DNA of 29,078 nucleotides from Anaerolineales bacterium (GCA_037384185.1 JARROG010000001.1:1-29078); one strand, 5' to 3'. Shown: positions 9,722 through 18,738, counted from the first letter of the stretch. Program-made: numbers and translations. Notes: generated by a model from the sequence alone, not told the origin.

Positions 9722-10747
9722 CTAAAACAACTGCCTGTTCGCTCGCACCCATTCAAAGAGCTGCCGAATCCCTTCTTTTACGCTAACATTCGGAGCCCAG
9801 TCGAAATCCTGGGACGCCTTGCGGATATCAGCGATGAAAACCCGCTGGTCGCCGGGTCTCCATCCCTCCCGGGCAACCGGGATCTCCCGGCCAAGTTCCT
9901 CTTCCAGCAGCGGACCAAATTCCTTCCAGATCGAGAGCGTATTATTCGGGCCGCCACCAATATTATATATTTGTCCAGCTGTCTTATCAATTTTGAGGGC
10001 TGCCTGGTCATAAGCTGCCAGCAGATCATCTACATAAAGCAGATCACGGACCTGTTTTCCATCGCCGTAGATGGTGATCGGTTTCCCGGTGACCGCTGCG
10101 ATCACGAACCAGGCAACCCAACCCTGATCCTCAATTCCGAATTGGTGAGGACCATAGATGCAGCTCTGGCGGAAAACCACAGTAGGCAGGCCGAAAATAC
10201 GGTGGTAATCCCGGACGTACTGATCTCCGGTGCCCTTGGAACAACCGTAGGGAGAATGGAAGTCCAGCAGCTGGGATTCCGATACTCCGTAGGGATGATC
10301 CGGGAAATAATAACTGTGCTCTCCTTCCGCGACCGGGACATCATCCAGATTTCCGTATACTTTATTGGTGGAAGCGTAAATTACCAGCGGTTTCTTTTCT
10401 GATTTCCGGGCGGCCTCCAGAACATTGAGTGTTCCCCGGGCATTGATCTCAAAATCGGTTTGCGGATCGACCACGGAGGTGGTCACCGCCACCTGGGCGG
10501 CCAGGTGAAGGATCCGATCCACTCCTTTAACGGCTTCTTCCAGGGCTTTGCTGTCCCGGACATCCTCTTTCAGAAGCTGGAAGGAACCCTTTCCAAAGGT
10601 ATCCTCCAACCAGGCAATATTTCCAGGCGTTCCTCTCCGAGAGAGATTATCCAACAAGACCACGTCTTCGCCCCGTGCCAACAACCGGGAAGCGTAATTG
10701 GTCCCGATAAATCCTGCCCCTCCAGTAATCAATGTCTTTACAGTCAT
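9722..10747 (-). CDS. NAD-dependent nucleotide-sugar epimerase/dehydratase, CDP-paratose 2-epimerase (RfbE)-like extended SDR
   Basis: TGGAGFIG Rossmann motif, HLAAQVAVTTS, ASTNKVYG, SPYGCSKG (YxxxK), FRQSCIYG, EDQGWVAWF, WRPGDQ. Confidence 0.88.
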   Translation of the reverse strand: MTVKTLITGGAGFIGTNYASRLLARGEDVVLLDNLSRRGTPGNIAWLEDTFGKGSFQLLKEDVRDSKALEEAVKGVDRILHLAAQVAVTTSVVDPQTDFEINARGTLNVLEAARKSEKKPLVIYASTNKVYGNLDDVPVAEGEHSYYFPDHPYGVSESQLLDFHSPYGCSKGTGDQYVRDYHRIFGLPTVVFRQSCIYGPHQFGIEDQGWVAWFVIAAVTGKPITIYGDGKQVRDLLYVDDLLAAYDQAALKIDKTAGQIYNIGGGPNNTLSIWKEFGPLLEEELGREIPVAREGWRPGDQRVFIADIRKASQDFDWAPNVSVKEGIRQLFEWVRANRQLF

Positions 10748-11751
10748 AATCCTTCCCCTTGTTCTGGCTGATTTCTAAACCGCCACACTTCTCGCAGCCC
10801 TACACCCTCGCGAACCAGACCAAACGCACCAAAACTGGTTGTGATCAGCAAATTCAAGACATGGCTGGTCAGAGCATAGCTAAATGCCAGCGATTGATCC
10901 ACACCAAAAGCCATCAGGGCCAGGGTGATGCTGGCTTCAAATAAACCAATATTACCAGGAGACGAGGGAACAGAAACCCCCACGGCCACCGCTCCCAGGG
11001 CAAAAACCGCCCAGATCAATTGGGCCTCCGGTATGAATGCCTTCAACAGCAGGAACTGCAGCGCCAGGGCAATACCCCAGCTCAAGGCCATGCCCACAAA
11101 GACCTGTAAAAGCCGCAGTGGATGGGTTAGCACCAGCATACTGGTCAGGATCTGGCGGATGAATTTGACCAGTCTCGTTCTGAACCTGGCGCTGAACATG
11201 GAGGTGTTTTCCAACCAGCGAAGGATCTCTTTTCGCTTGGAGACCATGATGGACAAAGCCATTAAACCCAGAACCACCACCCCTGCCAGCAGATAGACGG
11301 TAGTGATATTTGCCTGGAAATCGAACGCGAAAGGCAGCCCGATGAACAGCAGGATCAGTGCGAACAATCCGTCGATCATGCGCTCAAGCGCGATCGGCGG
11401 CAGGGCTTCCCAAAATGTTAGCCCGGAGGGCATCAGCAGTAAAGCCCGGGAAATTTCTCCCAGGCGGAATGGCAGCAGCGTGTTCACAAAATACCCGGCA
11501 TTGATGATCAGGAATGACTTACTGAGAGAGATCCGTTCCTGGAGGATCACCCTCCAGGCATACGCCCTGGTGATCAGCGAGGCGATTACCAGACATCCTC
11601 CCAGCAGCAGAGTCTCAACTCGTATGGCTCGGAAGGCTGCCAGCGCTCTTTGTCCATCTGTCAGAACGATCAGCGCAGTTAGGCTGGCAATGCTGACCAG
11701 GATCCCCAGGATCAAGCGAATGGTTGAGCGTTTGTTCTGGGTCTCAGTCAT
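10744..11751 (-). CDS. Lysylphosphatidylglycerol synthase TM / UPF0104 flippase-like protein
   Basis: Multi-TM; NAGYFVNTLLPFRLGEISR, ALERMIDG and VPSSPGNIGLFEA motifs. Confidence 0.85.
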   Translation of the reverse strand: MTETQNKRSTIRLILGILVSIASLTALIVLTDGQRALAAFRAIRVETLLLGGCLVIASLITRAYAWRVILQERISLSKSFLIINAGYFVNTLLPFRLGEISRALLLMPSGLTFWEALPPIALERMIDGLFALILLFIGLPFAFDFQANITTVYLLAGVVVLGLMALSIMVSKRKEILRWLENTSMFSARFRTRLVKFIRQILTSMLVLTHPLRLLQVFVGMALSWGIALALQFLLLKAFIPEAQLIWAVFALGAVAVGVSVPSSPGNIGLFEASITLALMAFGVDQSLAFSYALTSHVLNLLITTSFGAFGLVREGVGLREVWRFRNQPEQGEGL

Positions 11752-13546
11752 CTTCCAACCTCAACACAGCCATGAAAGCATCCTGGGGGATATCCACGTT
11801 GCCAATCCGCTTCAGACGCTTCCTTCCAGCTTTCTGATTTTCCAAGAGCTTCTTTTTCCTGGTGTAATCCCCCCCATAAAGCTTGGCGGTAACATCCTTG
11901 CGGAGGGCCTTGATATCCGTTCTGGCGACAATTCTTCCTCCTGCGGAAGCTTGAATGGGAATCGCAAAATGCTGGGGAGGGATGAGGTCCTTCAAACGGG
12001 TGACCAGAATCCTGCCCTTCCGGTAAGCTTTTTCGCGATGAACAATAGATGCCATCCCATCGACCGGCTCCCCATTGACCAGAATATCCAATTTCACCAG
12101 GTCACCTTTGCGGTATTCAGCAAAAGAATAATCCATTGATGCATATCCGCGTGAAACGGATTTCAAATAATCAAAAAAATCGACGATCAATTCTGATAAA
12201 GGCACCTGAAAGTTCAGCTGAACGCGGTTGGGCGCGGGATATTCCTGGCTGACATACTCTCCCCTCCGATTGGTCACCAATTCCATGACGGGACCATAGT
12301 AATCCAGCGGCAGGAAGATCTGCACGTCCATCCAGGGTTCCTGAATCTCTTCCACTTCGGCGCTGTCAGGCAGATCCGCAGGAGAGTTGATTTCCAGCAC
12401 CTCTCCGTTCCTCTGAAGCACACGGTACTTAACTGATGGAGCGGTAGCGATGATATCTAGATTATATTCCCGTTCCAATCTTTCCTGGATGATTTCCATA
12501 TGGAACATACCCAGGAACCCACACCGGAAACCAAGGTTCAAAGCCTGAGAACTTTCCGGCTCAAATACCAGGGCAGCATCATTCAGCTGTAATTTCTCCA
12601 GGGCATCCCGCAAACTGCCATAACCTTCATTGTCTACTGGGAAGAAACCTGCGAAGACCATCGGCTTCGCTTTTTTATAGCCGGGCATTGGCTGAGACGC
12701 CGGATTGCGAGCGTAGGTTATCGTATCACCGACCCGGCATTCGTGAACGGACTTCAAACCAGTAGCGATATATCCCACCTCTCCAGCGTGAAGCGTATCC
12801 ACTGGTTTCATTTCTGGCGAAAATACTCCCACTTCAAAGGGTTCAATTTCCTTGCCTGAAGCCATCAACAGAAGCTGGGGCTGGCCGCTGACCTGGCCAT
12901 CGAATACCCTGACATAAGCGATCACGCCTTGATAGGGGTTGTAGTGGGAATCAAATATCAAGGCCCGCAAGGGAGCGGATGGATCGCCTTGAGGAGGAGG
13001 CACCTCCTCAACGATCTTCTCGAGGACAGCTTGAATATTCTCTCCTTCTTTGGCTGAAATCCGCAGAATACGATCCGCCGGTGTGCCCAGGATTCCGCTG
13101 ATATCCTGGGCGATCTCATCCGGGCGGGCAGCATCCAGGTCGATCTTATTGATGATCGGGATAATCTCCAGATCTGCCTCTAAGGCTGCATACATATTTG
13201 CCAGGGTCTGAGCTTCCATTCCCTGGGCAGCGTCCACTACCAGCAGCGCGCCCTCACAAGCTTCCAAGGCCCTGGATACTTCATAACCGAAATCGACATG
13301 TCCCGGGGTATCGATCAGGTTTAATTCATATTCAATCCCATCTCCCGCCTGGTAGCGCATCTGGACCGCGGAAGCCTTGATGGTGACTCCATTTTCCCGC
13401 TCCAGATCCATGTTATCGAGCACCTGGTCCGCCATATCCCGCGCAGATACGGTACCCGTGATCTGCAGCAGGCGATCTGCCAGGGTCGATTTCCCATGAT
13501 CGATATGGGCAATGATTGAAAAGTTGCGTATCCTTTGGCTGTCCAT
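11744..13546 (-). CDS. lepA: Elongation factor 4 (LepA)
   Basis: IRNFSIIAHIDHGKSTLADRLL, DTPGHVDF, NKID, GFRCGFLG..HMEIIQERLERE, and C-terminal YGGD..RKKKLL. Start moved from 13645 to ATG 13546 (600 aa). Confidence 0.97.
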   Translation of the reverse strand: MDSQRIRNFSIIAHIDHGKSTLADRLLQITGTVSARDMADQVLDNMDLERENGVTIKASAVQMRYQAGDGIEYELNLIDTPGHVDFGYEVSRALEACEGALLVVDAAQGMEAQTLANMYAALEADLEIIPIINKIDLDAARPDEIAQDISGILGTPADRILRISAKEGENIQAVLEKIVEEVPPPQGDPSAPLRALIFDSHYNPYQGVIAYVRVFDGQVSGQPQLLLMASGKEIEPFEVGVFSPEMKPVDTLHAGEVGYIATGLKSVHECRVGDTITYARNPASQPMPGYKKAKPMVFAGFFPVDNEGYGSLRDALEKLQLNDAALVFEPESSQALNLGFRCGFLGMFHMEIIQERLEREYNLDIIATAPSVKYRVLQRNGEVLEINSPADLPDSAEVEEIQEPWMDVQIFLPLDYYGPVMELVTNRRGEYVSQEYPAPNRVQLNFQVPLSELIVDFFDYLKSVSRGYASMDYSFAEYRKGDLVKLDILVNGEPVDGMASIVHREKAYRKGRILVTRLKDLIPPQHFAIPIQASAGGRIVARTDIKALRKDVTAKLYGGDYTRKKKLLENQKAGRKRLKRIGNVDIPQDAFMAVLRLEDD

Positions 13547-13556
13547 TAACAGGGCT

Positions 13557-13562
13557 AGTATA
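13557..13562 (-). promoter_or_regulatory. Possible -10 element for lepA (very short leader)
   Basis: TATACT 10 nt upstream of the lepA ATG; no SD; only a poor -35 (TTCCCT). Confidence 0.35.
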
Positions 13563-13592
13563 CCCGATGAGTTGAATTGAGGGAAATGGTTT

Positions 13593-14858
13593 TCAATCCC
13601 CGTTTCCTCCACCTTCGAGGACCCGGACCAGAAAATAAAGGGCAAGCATCACCAACCCTAAAATGAGGATCCCTATCCCCAGGCCAAGATTGTCTGCCAG
13701 GTAACCAAGCAGGGGGGCAAAGGCAGCGGTCAGGATGGTGGTGATCTGCGACTCAGCCGACAGACCAGATGCCATGATCCTGGATGATATCTGGTCGCTG
13801 ATCACACCAACGTTGATGGGTCTACGCAGGTTATTCATCAGGAAGATCCCGATAAAACACAATACTGCCAGCCACTGCCATTTAAGGGCTGAAGTCAAGC
13901 CCGAGGCTACCAAGAGTGCAACCCCAATCAGATAGGTGATATTCACGGCAGTCCTGGGATCAGGGAAGAACTGACTGACCAGATAAGCATTCCGGGAAGC
14001 AAAGCTGGTCAGCAGGAAGATCCCAAAATAAACCAGCCCAATTATTAAGGCTTCCTGCTTGGTGTCGTCCAGGCCTGGGAAGAGGGCAATCGACAGCGCC
14101 CAGGCTGCCAGCAAGGGCTGGAGATAATCTTTAACGGTTTTAAAAGCTGCCGAATAGCTGGCGCTGTTCAGCAAGGGTCGCAGTTGGAACTGATCCCGAA
14201 AGACCTCGACAAAACCCTTTACAGTAGTTCGGACCTGCTCCCGCAAGCTCACCTCCCGGCTGGATGAGATCTCCCCATCAAGCTCCTGCGGGTAAAGTGC
14301 CAGGTTGACCAGATCCAGCACATAAGGAATGACGGTGGCTAAAAAGATCACCCGGTAATTCCCGGTGGTAAAGACCAAACCCGCTGCAACCAAAGCGTTG
14401 ATGGCTGATCCAAGTTGGGAGGCACTGCGCGTCAGGCCGTAATAAGCTACTTTAAGACCACTGATCCCATTAATCTTCAAATATTCCAGGATCAGGGCCT
14501 TGTGGGTGCCGGATCGGAATGCCTCCCCACAGCCAAACAGGATCATTGCCAGAATCAGAATCCAATAAGTTTGAAAAAAATACAGGAGAAGAAAAGAGAG
14601 TATATACGACAAAAAGCCAGATACCATGGCTTTCCGCCGTCCAAAGGAATCCGCGAGTACACCTGTTGGAACCTCCAGGATATTTACGGCAATATCCCGG
14701 ACGGAGTAGAGGATCCCAATTTGCAAAAAAGTCAAGCCATTGGCACGGAAGATCAACAGGATAAAAGGTTCAAAAAAGCGCAGGTTCTTCAAGAACCCAT
14801 AGGCGGAAAAACGGTAAAACATGTGGTCCCTGGGGACCAGCATGTCATCTTTCGTCAT
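13593..14858 (-). CDS. MFS transporter
   Basis: About 12 TM; motif A-like EVPTGVLADSFGRRK; the ATG overlaps the tlyA stop (ATGA). Confidence 0.88.
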   Translation of the reverse strand: MTKDDMLVPRDHMFYRFSAYGFLKNLRFFEPFILLIFRANGLTFLQIGILYSVRDIAVNILEVPTGVLADSFGRRKAMVSGFLSYILSFLLLYFFQTYWILILAMILFGCGEAFRSGTHKALILEYLKINGISGLKVAYYGLTRSASQLGSAINALVAAGLVFTTGNYRVIFLATVIPYVLDLVNLALYPQELDGEISSSREVSLREQVRTTVKGFVEVFRDQFQLRPLLNSASYSAAFKTVKDYLQPLLAAWALSIALFPGLDDTKQEALIIGLVYFGIFLLTSFASRNAYLVSQFFPDPRTAVNITYLIGVALLVASGLTSALKWQWLAVLCFIGIFLMNNLRRPINVGVISDQISSRIMASGLSAESQITTILTAAFAPLLGYLADNLGLGIGILILGLVMLALYFLVRVLEGGGNGD

Positions 14859-15655
14859 CCCAGTTCCTGGGGAAATAAGGGAGAAATTAAATCTTCTGGC
14901 TCTCTATCCTTCCAGCCAGCTTCCCGGTAAGCCAGCCAGGCGACAAATTCCTGATTGCCAGCGGGACCCTGCAGCGGGGAGCGGATCACACCCCGGGGAT
15001 GGTAGTTCTCACTCCGAGCAAACTCAAGCACATCCTCGAGCACTCGTCTGTGGATAGCTGGATCCCGGATCACACCGGCACCCCGGGCAGACTCCTCCCT
15101 GGCAGCTTCGAATTGCGGTTTGACAAGGATCAATGCTTGACCCAACCCATCCTGATACCATTGGGTCATAGCTGGAAGTATTTTCTTCAAAGAAATAAAG
15201 GAAACATCGGCTGTGATCAAATTCACTGGCTCAGGGAGGCTCGCAAGATCCCTGGCATTGGTCCGCTCCAGGACGACCACCCGGGGATGGTTGCGAAGAT
15301 TCCAATCCAGCAGGCCGTAACCAACGTCAATGCTATATACCCGGGCAGCGCCCTGCTGCAGCAGACAATCCGTGAATCCGCCTGTGGAAGCACCAACATC
15401 GGCACATACCAGCCCTTTCACAGTGACCGGGAAATTCTCAAAAGCAGCCTGGAGCTTCTCTCCCCCCCTTGATACGAAACTCGCATCTTCAACCAGCTGA
15501 ATGACATCCTGGCTGGAGACGATCTCTGCGGGCTTTACGATCAGCTGTCCCCTCCAGAGCACCTTGCCAGCCATGACCAGCCGCCTGGCCTGATCAAGAT
15601 CCTCAGCAAGTCCCCGCTCCACCAGAAGCTGGTCGACCCGTTTTTTATCTGCCAT
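14855..15655 (-). CDS. tlyA: TlyA family rRNA 2'-O-methyltransferase
   Basis: N-terminal S4 domain (RVDQLLVERGL), FVSRGGEKL, DVGASTGGFTDCLLQ, DVSFISL, LVKPQFE, GNQEF. Confidence 0.93.
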   Translation of the reverse strand: MADKKRVDQLLVERGLAEDLDQARRLVMAGKVLWRGQLIVKPAEIVSSQDVIQLVEDASFVSRGGEKLQAAFENFPVTVKGLVCADVGASTGGFTDCLLQQGAARVYSIDVGYGLLDWNLRNHPRVVVLERTNARDLASLPEPVNLITADVSFISLKKILPAMTQWYQDGLGQALILVKPQFEAAREESARGAGVIRDPAIHRRVLEDVLEFARSENYHPRGVIRSPLQGPAGNQEFVAWLAYREAGWKDREPEDLISPLFPQELG

Positions 15656-15661
15656 AGACCT

Positions 15662-15670
15662 ATTTTAGCA
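15662..15670 (-). promoter_or_regulatory. Extended -10 promoter, leaderless tlyA transcript
   Basis: Minus strand reads TGC-TAAAAT-AGGTCT-ATG: TGn plus TAnnnT, 6 nt before the start codon, with no usable SD. Confidence 0.6.
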
Positions 15671-15726
15671 CGGGCAGGTTATCCAACTGCAAACAGGAAG
15701 TTTCCCTACCCCCGCTATTTGTTTCA

Positions 15727-15735
15727 TGCTATTAT
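15727..15735 (+). promoter_or_regulatory. Extended -10 promoter, leaderless transcript of the phosphoribosyltransferase-mvk unit
   Basis: TGC-TATTAT-TTTGAT-ATG: 6 nt before the start codon, no SD. Confidence 0.6.
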
Positions 15736-15741
15736 TTTGAT

Positions 15742-16608
15742 ATGTTCTCTGCCCTGCTCAAAACCATACGTCCCAAACAATGGGCCAAGAATGTCTTCAT
15801 TTTCACGGCCCTGGTCTTTGACCGCAAGCTGTTGAATTCGGATGCTTTCCTGACAACCCTGGCTGGCGCGGCCCTATTCAGCCTGGTAGCCAGCGCAGTT
15901 TACATCTTTAACGATATCGCGGATCTGGAAGCAGACCGGCAGCACCCTACGAAAAGAAATCGGCCAATTGCTTCCGGCAAAATTTCCCTTCCAGCAGCCT
16001 GGACGGTCGCTATCATTTTACTGCTAATTTCCTTCCCGCTGGCCTACATGCTTTCGCCCGGGTTCCTGATCATCTGTCTGGTCTATTTTGGGCTGAACCT
16101 GACCTATTCGGCCAAGCTGAAGCACATCCCTCTGGTTGACGTCCTGGTGCTGGCCTCCTTCTATCTGCTGCGGGTGATATCAGGCACAACCCTGATCGAG
16201 GTCAAGCGCTTCTCCCCCTGGCTTTATGTGGTTACCGGCCTGTTCGCCCTGTTCATCGGTCTGGGGAAGAGGCGGGCTGAGCTGGCTCTCCAAGCGGAAA
16301 GTTCTGGCAGCTCCCGCCCGGTCCTGGATGGGTATTCAGTGGACCTGCTCGATCAGCTGATCACGATCGTCTCCGGGACCACGATCGTGGCTTACAGCCT
16401 GTACACTTTTTCCGCTCCCAATCTGCCCGAGAACCACTCCATGATGCTGACCATCCCCTTCGTCCTTTACGGCATCTTCCGCTACCTCTATTTACTACAA
16501 TGCGGGGAGGGAGGAGCTCCGGAGGAGATCGCCCTGGCTGACCGACCGCTCCAGGCGTCAATAGCCCTCTGGTCCGTTGTCATCCTGCTGGTGTTCTACC
16601 TCTACTGA
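15742..16608 (+). CDS. Decaprenyl(polyprenyl)-phosphate phosphoribosyltransferase (UbiA superfamily, Rv3806c-like)
   Basis: IRPKQWAKN, YIFNDIADLEADRQHPTKRNRPIASG, LKHIPLVDV, GKRRAEL, SRPVLDGYS, YGIFRYL, GGAPEE. Confidence 0.85.
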   Translation: MFSALLKTIRPKQWAKNVFIFTALVFDRKLLNSDAFLTTLAGAALFSLVASAVYIFNDIADLEADRQHPTKRNRPIASGKISLPAAWTVAIILLLISFPLAYMLSPGFLIICLVYFGLNLTYSAKLKHIPLVDVLVLASFYLLRVISGTTLIEVKRFSPWLYVVTGLFALFIGLGKRRAELALQAESSGSSRPVLDGYSVDLLDQLITIVSGTTIVAYSLYTFSAPNLPENHSMMLTIPFVLYGIFRYLYLLQCGEGGAPEEIALADRPLQASIALWSVVILLVFYLY

Positions 16609-16611
16609 GCC

Positions 16612-17553
16612 ATGCCTGCCTTCACCGCTGCTGCCCCCGCGAAGATCATCCTCTTTGGCGAACACGCCGTGGTTTATGGTGAGCCTGCTCTGGCAGTCCC
16701 CGTGACCACACTCCAGGCCCGGGCTGTTGTCAGTGCGCAGATCGGAGGAGCACGAGGGGAAATCCTGATCGATGCACCTGATATTGGATTATCCAGCCTG
16801 GCAAATGAACTTGCCAACGATCATCCACTGCGGGCAGCCGTGGCTGCTGCTGCCGGCACCAACGATCTCAACCAAATTCCTGCCTGCCGGATTTTGATCA
16901 CCTCGACTATTCCGATCTCCTCCGGGCTGGGCTCGAGCGCAGCTGTATCGGCAGCAGTCATCCGGGCTTTTTCAGCTTTCCTGGGAAAGCGGCTTGCTGA
17001 CGATGAAGTCTCAGACCTCACATTCCAGGTTGAGAAAATCCAGCACGGCGCTCCTTCAGGGATCGATAACAATGTCGTGGTCCACCAAAAACCAGTGTAT
17101 TACCAGAAAGGGAAAACATTGGAGTACCTTTCCATCAAGGAGGCGTTCGAGATCCTGATCGCTGACAGCGGAATTCCCGGCAGCACGCTGACGGCAGTCG
17201 AATCGGTGCGTAAAAAATGGCTTGCTAATCAGCAGGACTGCGAAAAGTTATTCTCCAGGATCGGCGAGATCTCCAGATCAGCCAGAGAGATTATCACGCG
17301 CGGTGATCCCAGAGATCTGGGCCCACTGATGAACGAAAACCAGGAGTGCTTGAGAGAGCTGGGTGTATCCCTACCTGAACTGGACCGTTTAGCGGAAAGC
17401 GCCTTGGAGGCGGGGGCTCTGGGGGCAAAACTATCCGGCGGCGGCCTGGGCGGCAATCTGATCGCACTTAGCGATGATCAATCTCACCGGATCGAAGGGG
17501 CATTATTGGATGCAGGCGCACAGAGCGTGCTGCCAACAACAATTCACAGTTGA
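16612..17553 (+). CDS. mvk: Mevalonate kinase (GHMP family)
   Basis: PAKIILFGEHAVVYG, PISSGLGSSAA, HGAPSGIDN, GAKLSGGGLGGNLIAL. Confidence 0.92.
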   Translation: MPAFTAAAPAKIILFGEHAVVYGEPALAVPVTTLQARAVVSAQIGGARGEILIDAPDIGLSSLANELANDHPLRAAVAAAAGTNDLNQIPACRILITSTIPISSGLGSSAAVSAAVIRAFSAFLGKRLADDEVSDLTFQVEKIQHGAPSGIDNNVVVHQKPVYYQKGKTLEYLSIKEAFEILIADSGIPGSTLTAVESVRKKWLANQQDCEKLFSRIGEISRSAREIITRGDPRDLGPLMNENQECLRELGVSLPELDRLAESALEAGALGAKLSGGGLGGNLIALSDDQSHRIEGALLDAGAQSVLPTTIHS

Positions 17554-17633
17554 TACCCCGGTTTTTATTCAAACCTTCACACATATATTCTTTATTAAAC
17601 TTCTTATTGTGTCGGACAGCCTGAACAAAGGTC

Positions 17634-17644
17634 TGTGGTAAGAT
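17634..17644 (+). promoter_or_regulatory. Extended -10 promoter for the MenA-like gene
   Basis: TGTG-G-TAAGAT in an AT-rich intergenic region; GGAGG SD at 17660-17664. Confidence 0.5.
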
Positions 17645-17674
17645 AACCTGGCATTTTTTGGAGGTTGAATCCTT

Positions 17675-18688
17675 ATGAATTTCGCGATGTGGCGTCGTGC
17701 CCTACAGATTATTCCCCGAATCAGCAAGGAAGAGTGGGATGAGCTCGATATTATCTCGCGCTGGCTGATCGCCACCCGGGCTGCTGTGATGGTGATCACC
17801 ATTTTGTCGGCTGCCCTGGCAGGGATCTTTGCTATCCGGGCTGGCGCCTTCAATTTCTGGCGCTGGCTTCTGGTCCTGGTCGGACTTTATCTGGCACACG
17901 GCACGAACAATTTTCTGAACGACTACACGGATTATGTCCGGGGAGTCGATGTTGACAACTATTATCGGGCTCAATATGGACCACAGCCGCTGCTGCACGG
18001 GCTGATGACCAAAAAGCAGCTGTTGACCTATGCCGGAATCACAGGAGCCCTGGCGGCAGCCTGTGGGCTGGCCCTAGTCTTAATGCGGGGTGAATTGACC
18101 TGGGTGCTGATGGGATTGGGTGTGGTTTTCGTGCTGTTCTATACCTACCCCTTGAAATACATCGCGCTTGGTGAGGTGACTGTGCTCCTGGTCTGGGGGC
18201 CTCTCATGGTAGCAGGAGGCTATTATGTCATTACCGGCCTGCCGTGGGATTGGACCATAGCCCTGGCCAGTCTTCCCCATGCAGTGGGAACTACGTCAGT
18301 CCTTTTTGGCAAACATATCGATAAACTCCAACAGGATAAAAAACTCAAGATCCATACCCTACCGGTACTGCTGGGAGAGACAGCCGCCCGCTGGACAATG
18401 ACAGCCATGCTGATCTCAGCCTACCTGCTGGTGATCTACCTGATCTGGATCCGTTTCTTCACACCGGTAATGCTGGTCACCTTGCTGGCTGTACCTACCC
18501 TGGTAGAGATCTGGCCCATCCTTTCCAATCCAAAGCCGGCAGAAAAGCCAGCCGATTTCCCTGATGTCTGGCCCAATTATTACGTAGCTGCTGCTTTTCT
18601 CCATACCCGGCGTTTTGGAGGCTTATTTCTTTTAGCCGTGATCCTTGACACGGTAGTACGAGTGCTCTGGCCCGCATTCTGGAGCTAA
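17675..18688 (+). CDS. UbiA-family prenyltransferase, MenA/UBIAD1-like
   Basis: RWLIATR, AHGTNNFLNDYTDYVRGVD, FYTYPLKYIALGE; the second motif is atypical (GKHIDKLQQD..KIHTLPV). Confidence 0.8.
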   Translation: MNFAMWRRALQIIPRISKEEWDELDIISRWLIATRAAVMVITILSAALAGIFAIRAGAFNFWRWLLVLVGLYLAHGTNNFLNDYTDYVRGVDVDNYYRAQYGPQPLLHGLMTKKQLLTYAGITGALAAACGLALVLMRGELTWVLMGLGVVFVLFYTYPLKYIALGEVTVLLVWGPLMVAGGYYVITGLPWDWTIALASLPHAVGTTSVLFGKHIDKLQQDKKLKIHTLPVLLGETAARWTMTAMLISAYLLVIYLIWIRFFTPVMLVTLLAVPTLVEIWPILSNPKPAEKPADFPDVWPNYYVAAAFLHTRRFGGLFLLAVILDTVVRVLWPAFWS

Positions 18689-18738
18689 GCACAACGGGGT
18701 CCAGATCCTGGGACCTGACCTGGACCCTCGACACTTGC

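Noticed and set aside
11800-12520. LepA motif variants GFLGMFHMEI and AKLYGGDYTRK
   Set aside because: These are small substitutions in otherwise intact motifs and most likely reflect lineage drift.
13547-13645. N-terminal extensions in the ORF track for lepA (also GT4 to 9752, ipk to 18735, dgt to 21427)
   Set aside because: They overlap neighbouring genes or promoters and lack family similarity; the downstream ATGs fit the motifs, SDs and promoter spacing.
18697-18727. GGGTCCAG/CTGGACCC hairpin after the MenA-like gene
   Set aside because: It has a long loop and no U-tract; at most a stabilising hairpin, so it is not called a terminator.
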